Shown: in pieces, positions 56,019 to 64,000 of the stretch
Position numbering within the stretch: position 1 is the stretch's first letter
How the letters are laid out: the number at the start of each line of letters is the position of its first letter
Assembly (NCBI RefSeq): GCF_009914755.1
Contig: NC_060926.1
Reading direction: 5' to 3' (one strand)
DNA: 64,000 bases
From: the human T2T-CHM13v2.0 reference genome, Homo sapiens
Notes under the pieces: generated by a model
Seen by the model: the letters and a program-made list of their open reading frames with translations, nothing else
Told to the model about the DNA's origin: nothing
The model's database searches: none
Program-made: the position numbers and the translations under genes

Positions 56019-56556
56019 ACAGAGAGAGAAAGAGAGAGAGGAGAGAGACTAATGCTGAGAATGGCTACTACATTTCAATTCCCTTTTAGCAGAATCAAAG
56101 GAACCAAAGACTGTATTTCCCAGACTTCTTTAAAACGACCATCACAGATGTGAAAATAGTGCAAATTTGGTAGCATGGCGTTTCTAGAGATACACAGGAA
56201 AGGACATTTGTCTTTCTCCATTCTAAAGTTGTCCTCATGTACCTCAGCTTAGAGCCAGCTTCTTCTAGGAATTTTGCAAGAACCTAATTACCTTTATTAA
56301 ATCCTGTTTTGTTTTAACTAGTGTGGATCCTTTTTTTTTCTTCAATTAAACCCTGACCAATGCAATATAAGATAATACTTCATACTACATCTAAATCCGC
56401 TTCTTTTAATGTCTTCCTTGCCTTGCTAAATGGTACCACCAAACACAGACATCCAGCCATACAGCTGGGATATTAACTTTCAAGAATCAAACCTGACTCC
56501 ACCTTCCCTATGAAAACCTTTCCTTATTGATCTCGAGAAAGGATGTGACCATTCCT

Positions 56557-56580
56557 TGTGTGTGTGTGTGTGTGTGTGTG
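56557..56580. repeat. (TG)12 microsatellite
   Basis: Perfect run. Confidence 0.95.
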
Positions 56581-56681
56581 CCAGACTTGTATCACAGTGT
56601 TATAATTTTACTAATTTGTTCTCGTGTTCCTTTTTCCATTTTACTATAATGGAGTAGATGTATTAAATGTATTTATTAAAT

Positions 56682-56820
56682 TCCTAAATTTATTAAAATA
56701 TTAAGGCTCAAGGACATATTGTTTTTATAACCTGGGTTCATAGGACCCCTGAAGATCACTGTATATTTTTGTGCATACAATGTGTTTTTTTCTCAGAAGA
56801 AATAGTCCATACATTTCGCT
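56682..56820 (+). repeat. Copy 1 of a ~139-bp local duplication containing a MER103C-like hAT fragment
   Basis: About 87% identical to 58020-58157 by manual alignment (17 mismatches, 1 gap). Confidence 0.85.
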
Positions 56821-57212
56821 GACTGTAGTTTGGTTGAACAAATAAAACAAATTTTAAGCATAAAAATGTAATTAATGCCGGGGTAATAGCAAGTCACATA
56901 CTTCGAAGTTACCACAAAGAGGATACATTGACATGGAAAGGTTCTGATCACACAGATGTCCCTCATTACAGCATTGTTCATGGACTTGTTAAACATTTGT
57001 TTCCTGACACAGAAACTGAGCTGCGTGACGGCAAAGAGTGAGATACCCAGTTTCTTCTGAGTATCTGGCACAAGGTGTGGCAAATACTAAATGGTTTTGA
57101 AGGAATAAATGAACACATTCTCTGAAATACCACATGCATTCATCAATCAAGGTTTTCTTGAGAGTAATTACAAAATTTGAATTAAAAAACATCAATGTAA
57201 TGCAAGTATACT

Positions 57213-57732
57213 TGTGGTGGGCAGCTTTAGAGATAGTTTTCAATAATCCCAACTTTCTACTGTTCACACTCTTGAGTGTGCACTGAACATCATGAGGAGA
57301 ATAACTTGCTTTTAATGGCAAAGTGATGAAGTGTCACTTTTATGGTTAGGTTATAAAAGATCGTGCTTTTCTGGTGTCCTCCCTGGCTTCTCCCACATGC
57401 TGGTTGTGATAGGGAGGATGACATGACAAGGAACTGAGGGAAGCTTCTGTCCAATAGCCAGCAGGGAACTGAGGCCCTCAGGCTTATAGTCCTGAAGGAA
57501 CCAAATCCTGCTAACAGCCACGGGGTGAGCTTGGAAGCAGGTCCTACCCCAAGTGAACCTTGAGATGACTGTGGGCCTGGCTGAGTCCTTGATTGCAGCC
57601 TTGTAAAGGAACCCAAAGCAGAGGACCTAGCTAAACCATTTCCAGATTTCTGACTTGCAGAGTCTATGCGATAATGTTTATTTTTTAAGCCACTGAACTT
57701 GGGAGTAATTTCTCCACTAGGTAACTAACACA
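57213..57732 (+). mobile_element. MLT1E/F-type MaLR LTR
   Basis: tgtggtgggcagctttagagat, gccagcagggaactgaggccctcag, gtgagcttggaagcag, ccttgagatgactg, ending ggtaactaacaca. Confidence 0.85.
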
Positions 57733-58019
57733 GTGTTTCTATATTTTGCGCATAATTAAAAAATACAAATAAGAAAAAGAATATACAGGCAAATACTATT
57801 GCCATGATAGATTCTGTTTTTGCTCTGACATGCTAATCATACCATATAGATCCAGTGTTTGTGGAAGTGCATGTAATAGAAGCATGGCATAGTGGAAAGA
57901 ATTGATTTTTTTTAGAATGAGTCTGTTTGACTTTTGGCAAATTTCCACATGAGTTCCTATGCCTATTCTGTCTTTCACAGCTCTAAGAATTGTGGGGGAA
58001 CATGATGATAATTTTTGCA

Positions 58020-58157
58020 TCCTAGATTTATTAAAATATTAAAGCTCAAGGAAATATTGTTTTTATAACCTGGGGTCATAGGACCCCTGAAAATCATTGC
58101 ATATTTTTGTGCGTATGATGTGCTTTCCCTCTGAACAAATAGTTCATACATTTCACT
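58020..58157 (+). repeat. Copy 2 of the ~139-bp local duplication
   Basis: Aligns to 56682-56820 at about 87% identity. Confidence 0.85.
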
Positions 58158-58424
58158 AAATACTCAAGGTATATTTTAAAATATTGATTTATTCTAATCC
58201 TTTTATTTTATATGGAAAAACCAATTCTTAAGGAGAAACCATTTATATCCTACTATACAGCTAGTTAGTATCAGATATAAGGAAAGGTAAGTCTTCAAAT
58301 TAGTTACTGCTCCTGCCATTTCCTTATGTTTTTGGTTTGCATGTTTTTTACACTCTCTCAACTTGTAAAGGTTAGAAGGCACACACAATATCATTAATGT
58401 TATCTAATTAATCTGGTAAATAAT

Positions 58425-58550
58425 TTTTCATTCAACCACATGTTTATTGGATTCCTGTTATGTACCAGACACAATTCTAGGTGCTGAGAATACAACAGGA
58501 AACAAAACTCATTTCCTGTCCATGTATAGCTTAAATTACAGTGAGGGTAA
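58425..58550 (-). mobile_element. L2 3' end
   Basis: ttcattcaaccacatgtttattggattcctgttatgtaccagacacaattctaggtgctgagaatacaaca. Confidence 0.7.
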
Positions 58551-58551
58551 C

Positions 58552-58930
58552 TGTATTAGTTCATTTTCACACTGCTATAAAGAACTTCCCAAGACTGGGT
58601 AATTTATAAAGGAAAGAGGTTTAGTTGACTCACATTTCAGCATGACTGAGGAGGCCTAAGGAAACTTACAATCGTGGTGGAAGGTGAAGGGGAAGAAAGG
58701 CACCTTCTTCACAAGGTGGCAGGAAGAAGTGCCGAGCAAAGAGGAAAGAGCCCCTTATAGAACCATCAGATATCATGAGAAGAAATATCACGAGAACAGC
58801 AAGGGGGAAACCACTCCCATGATTCAATTACTCCACCTGGTCTCTCCCTTGACATGTAGGAATTATGGGGACTGTGAAGATTGTAATTCAAAATGAGATT
58901 TGGGTGGGGACACAAAGTCTAACCCTATCA
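58552..58930 (-). mobile_element. THE1D-type MaLR solo LTR
   Basis: tgtattagttcattttcacactgctataaagaac through gagatttgggtggggacacaaagtctaaccctatca. TSD gtaac/ttaac. Confidence 0.92.
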
Positions 58931-60658
58931 TTAACAGAAACAGAAAAATTCATAAGCAAACAGATAATTTAACTTTAGATGATACTTTGTCATTTGTGTC
59001 ATCTTAAATGTGGCTGCTCTTCTTCATGGGATAAGGGTTACCTTTTATTTCTCTGACTCTTGAAAAAAAGGAAAAGGCTTTATACCAGAAAGGCTCCCTG
59101 AAATCATGCTGTTCCTTTATTTACAGTGGAAATGCCCAGTGTCCACAGTGCCCTAAAGAGAGCAGAGAAATTAGCTTTGATAGGAAATGACATTTGGAAT
59201 ATGAGATTTAATCCAACAGAATACAATTATCTCTTTGAACAGTGACCAATAAAAATCAATTCCATTGTGATAATATTTTTATTTGCTCTATTTTAGGGTT
59301 GTCCTTAATCACTTGCTCAGACAAAAACAAGTCTCCTGAAAAACTAAAGATTCAAATGGGTAGGTATGGCCTTCTGAAAATTACCAAGAAAATAAAATTT
59401 TACAAGCTATCTACACCACTAAGGACGAATTACATCTGTTAATACCTGTTTAAAAATAGACTGTTTGAAACTGACTTTCTTTTTACGAAATAGTCATTGA
59501 AAGTCAAGAGAGATATAGTTTTACCAGGTAAGATTTTGAAATAAAAATGGTGACACATGAAAAATGGATTAAGGAGTTTAAAGAGTTTATGTGGCAAAAA
59601 TGCAAATATTTAAATTTAAGAAAATTAAGATGAGGAGAAGACATTGTGATCAAGTAGTGTAGGAAATAAGAAATTAAGTCTATAGCTGGATACTAGATTT
59701 AAAACAATGTTAAATAAATACAAACCTCACTAATTTGTCTATGATATTAAAAAAAGGAATTATCTTTAATTTCAGTAGAAATAACATACCAATATGAATT
59801 ACAGATAGTCTAATAAGATAAAAGGAAGAAATCTGATACACAGTGCTGGAGTAATTCCCTATTATATGGCATGGAATAAAGTAATAAATTATCACAGACA
59901 ACACATTTTTTATCCCAAAATTCAGTTTCCAGTACTTGAAAAGACGTGGAGACAATATCCTTTAATAGGCAGAAGATGATAATAATGGCTTGGAAAAAAG
60001 AAAATATAATACAGGAGGCTGCAGAGAAGTCATGAATAAAACCCTCATGGGGAGTATCATAATCAAGTTGAACACAACTGGAAATTCAGATACAAAAGAA
60101 AATCTTTATAGTACTTTTTTATGTATATTCCTTATCATTGTGCCTTCTAAGTCCATCAAAAGAAATTTCAAATCTCTCTCATATTTGTGCTGTAAGAGCT
60201 AAAAATTCAAATTGATGAAGGTATATTACGTTGGTAACTTAAATGTCATAAGCAGCATCTCCATGAGTGATATGATACTCCAAAATAGTCAATAACTTCA
60301 TGAGTATCCAGTGACAACTAAATAAAAATTTTTTCTAATACACATAGTTTAGTTTCTGAAAAATAGAATGTGTATTATAATTTTACAAAACACATTTTGT
60401 ATTTATATCTAAAAAATGAATTAGGTCCTAGGCTATATACTTATAAATACATATTTCACTTACATTACTGCCTACCAGGATATCTTTGATATTTGACCTT
60501 TGTTCACTAAGTGAAATCCAAAAGCTCTCCTTTTCTCATTGTTTCAGGAAAATTTGTTATTTCAAGAAAATAATCAGAATCAGAATTTTAATAATTACCT
60601 TTTCAATAATAGTCTTTAGTACTGCATAAATAAAAATAAGTAAGATTGTTATTCCTAA

Positions 60659-60975
<317 letters not shown>

Positions 60976-61083
60976 AGAATTTTGCTTTTTTTAAGTAAAC
61001 TTTAGGAATAAAACTAATAACCACACTGATGATTTATTACAGAAATAGATACAGTTTATAAACTAACATTATTTTACTTAAAA

Positions 61084-61383
61084 ATTATTATTATTATTAT
61101 TTAGAGACAAGGTCTCTCTCTGTTATCCAGGCTGGAGTGCAGGGCTGTGTTCATTGCTCACTGCAGCCTTAGACTTGGGCTCAAGACAGTCTACTTCCTC
61201 AGCCTTGTCAGTAGCTAGGAATATAAGCACATGTCACCATGTTCTGCTAATGTGTTTATTTTTTTGTAGAGATGAGGTCTCACTATGTTGCCCAGGCTGC
61301 TCTCAAACTCCTGGCCTCAAGTGATCCTCTTGCCTTGGCCTCCCAAAGTGCAGGATTATAGGCACAAACCACTGTATGTGGCC
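61084..61383 (-). mobile_element. AluJ SINE with (TTA)n tail
   Basis: J diagnostics: ctcactgcagcctt, gggctcaag, ggtctcactatgttgcccaggctg. Confidence 0.92.
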
Positions 61384-61388
61384 ATGAC

Positions 61389-61630
61389 TTTTTTTAATTG
61401 ACAAATAAAAATTATTGAATATATTTATGGTGCATAACATGATGTTTTGAAATATGTATACATTGTAGAATGTCTAATTCAACCTGATTAACTTGGTATA
61501 CTTGCATTATCTCCCATACTTATCATTTTTGTGTGTTGAGAACACTTAAAATCTACTCTCAGCAGTTCTCAAGTATACAATAAATTAACTATAGTTACCA
61601 TGTTGAACTTTTCCCTCCTAACTGGAACTT
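61389..61630 (-). mobile_element. L1MA 3' end fragment
   Basis: aattgacaaataaaattattgaatatatttatggtgcataacatgatgttttgaaatatgtatacattgtagaatg and gaacacttaaaatctactctc. Confidence 0.8.
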
Positions 61631-61785
61631 TATAATACTCATGAGCCTGGTTTTTTGTTTCTCTTCCCTTTGTTGCAATGTCACACTTGCTTTTGGTTAG
61701 AGGATACAAATGTCTTCTCATCATTGTGACAAGGGGAATTAAAAAAAAAATTCAGAAAACACTCCATTTATTATTATTTTTTAAT

Positions 61786-61799
61786 CCTCTAGGGGGCAG
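61786..61799 (+). promoter_or_regulatory. CTCF core-like motif CCTCTAGGGGGCAG
   Basis: 13/14 match to CCASYAGRKGGCRS, in AT-rich apparently non-repeat sequence. Binding is not shown. Confidence 0.45.
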
Positions 61800-61954
61800 A
61801 AATAATCAAAGGAGAAGTGCTGCTCAGCAGAATCACATCGAATGAAATCATAATTCTCATGGCTTCTATTAACATGTAAATAAATAATTCTTAAATCTAG
61901 AGCTCCAGCTCACATTATATTGCTGGACTTGTGACTCATAAATCTTATTAAATA

Positions 61955-64000
61955 CAGGTATGTGTTATTTCATTTCACTCCACCTTATTGCAATTCACAG
62001 ATATTGTGTGTTTTACAGATTTAAGGTTTGTGGCAACCCTGTGTTGAGTAAGTCTATTGGAATCATTTTTCAAAGAGCATGTGCTCACTGTATGTCCTCT
62101 TTGTACATTTGGATAATTCCCTCAATATTTCAGATTTTATTATTATTAATATCTCCTGTGATCTGTAATAAATGATCTTTGATATTACTATTATAATTGT
62201 TTTTGGGCACCAGGAAGCATGTCCATATAAGATATCAAATATAATTAATAAACATTGTATGTGTTCTGACTGCTCCATTGACCAGCTGTTTCCCATCTCT
62301 CTCCCTCTCCTCTGGCCTCCCTATTCCCTGAGACACAACAATATTGATATTAGGCCAATTAATAAGCCTGCAATGGCCTTTAAATGTTTAAGTGAAAGGA
62401 AGAGCCAAAAATCTCTCACTTTAAATCAAAAGCTAGAAATGATTAAGCTTGGTGAGGTAGGCATGTTAAATGCTGAAATAAGTCAAAAGCTAGGCCTCTT
62501 GTGCCAAACCATTAGCCAAGTTGTGAATGCATAGGAAAAGTTTTTGAAGGAAAATAAAAGTGTTACCTACACAAATGAAAAGAAAGCCAAAAAGGCTGTT
62601 GCCTTATTGCTGATAGGACAAACATTTTAGTGGTCTGGATGGAATATCAAAGCAGCCACAACATTCCCTTAAGTCAAAGCCTAATCCACAGCAAGACCTT
62701 AGTTATTTTCAATTCCATGAAGGCTGAGAGAGGTGAAGCAGCTGCAGAAGACAAGTTAGAAGCTAGCAGAAGTTGGTTCATGATGTTTAAGGAAAGAAAT
62801 CATCTTCATAACATAAGAGTGCAAGGTGAAGTAGCAAGTGCTAATGTAGAAGCTGCAGCAAGTTATCCAGAAGATCTAGCTAAGATCATTGATGAAGGTG
62901 GCTACACTAAACAACAGATTGTCGGTGTAGACGAAACAGCCTTCTGTTGTATAAATATGCCATCTAGGACTTTCATAGCTAGAGAGGAAATGTCAGTGCC
63001 TGGCTTCAGAGTCCCAAAGGACAGGCTGACTCTCTTGTTAGTAGCTAATGTAGCTGATGACTTTAAGTTGAAGGCAGTGCTCATTTACCATACAAAAATT
63101 TCTACTGCCCTTAAGAATTATGCTAACTCTCTTCTGCCTGTGCTCTATAAATAGAACAACAAAGTCTGGATGACAGCACATTTGTTTACAACATGATTTG
63201 CTCAATATTTTAAGACCACTGTTGAGACCTATTACTAAAAAAATTTCAAAAATATTCCTGCTCATTTACAAAGCACCCAGTCACCCAAGAACTCTGATGG
63301 AGATGGATAAGGAGACGAATATTGTTTTCATGCCTGTTAACACAACATCCATTCTGTAGCCCATAGATTAACAAGACATTTCAACTTTCAAGTCTTATTA
63401 TTTAGGAAATATATTCATAGTGCTTTAGCTCCAATAGATAGTGTTTTCTGTAAAGAATATGGGAAAAGTAAATTGAAAACCTTCTGGAAAGGATTCACCA
63501 TTCTAGAAGCCATTAGGAACATTTGTGATTAACGGGGATGACGGGGGTCAAAATATCAATATTAACAGGAGTTCGGAAGAAGTTTATTTCAAACCTCATG
63601 GATGACTTTGAGGTGTTCAAGTTTTCACTGGAGGAAGTCACTGCAGATGTATAAATAGCAAGAAAACTAGAATTTGAAGTGGAGCCTGAAGATTTCACTG
63701 AATTGCTGCAATTTCCTGAGGAAACATAAATAGATGAAGGAGTTTCTTTTTATAGATGAGCAAAGAAAGTGGTTTCTTGAGGTAAAATCTACTCCTGGTG
63801 AAGATGCTGTGAAAATTATGAAATGACAAAAAAGGATTTATAATATTACATAAACTTAGTGGGTCCAGCAATGGCAGGTTTAGAGAGGCTTTATTCTACT
63901 TTTGAAAGAAATTTTACCATGGATACAATGACGTTAGACAAAACTGCATATTACATAGAAATCTTTCATGAAAAGAAGAGTCAATTGATGCAGCAAACTT
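61955..64000 (+). mobile_element. Tigger1 (pogo/TcMar) DNA transposon, cut by the window end
   Basis: TA then caggtatg left end, aaggtttgtggcaaccctgtgttgagtaagtctattgg, and continuous Tigger1 body to the window end. Confidence 0.96.
62373..63740 (+). pseudogene. Disrupted Tigger1 transposase (CENP-B/TIGD family)
   Basis: [26 protein letters not shown]...QVVNA* and [17 protein letters not shown]...[21 protein letters not shown]...LPVLYK* match Tigger1 transposase. Stops at 62532-62534 and 63152-63154, plus frame changes. 3' end approximate. Confidence 0.9.

Noticed and set aside
62172-63154. TIGD1-like gene call
   Set aside because: In-frame stops and frameshifts inside a TIR-flanked element show a Tigger1 fossil, not a domesticated gene.

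Overview
Primate (most likely human) non-coding genomic DNA, AT-rich and heavily repeat-derived. I recognise no host protein-coding gene, tRNA, rRNA or CRISPR array. The window holds 8 Alus (AluJ, AluS and AluY types), five THE1-type MaLR LTRs (one attached to a near-complete internal region but missing its other LTR), several MLT1 LTRs, old L1M/HAL1/L2/MIR fossils, a complete MADE1 mariner MITE, MER20- and MER103C-like hAT remnants, and a decayed Tigger1 transposon running off the right edge. The Tigger1 transposase relic and the THE1 internal ORF fragments are the only ORFs with recognisable homology. L1s and LTRs occur on both strands, which fits an intergenic or weakly transcribed region. 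I found no new biological system that the sequence supports strongly. The best leads are: a THE1 LTR with intact DUX4 motif, TATA and splice donor upstream of a candidate exon; a near-consensus minus-strand exon at 52117-52198; a MADE1 hairpin with miR-548-like arms; three diverged short local duplications 0.9-1.8 kb apart; and isolated RFX X-box and CTCF-like motifs. Repeat subfamily names come from my recall of consensus sequences. Boundaries of the old repeats (MIR, L2, L1M, HAL1) are approximate.
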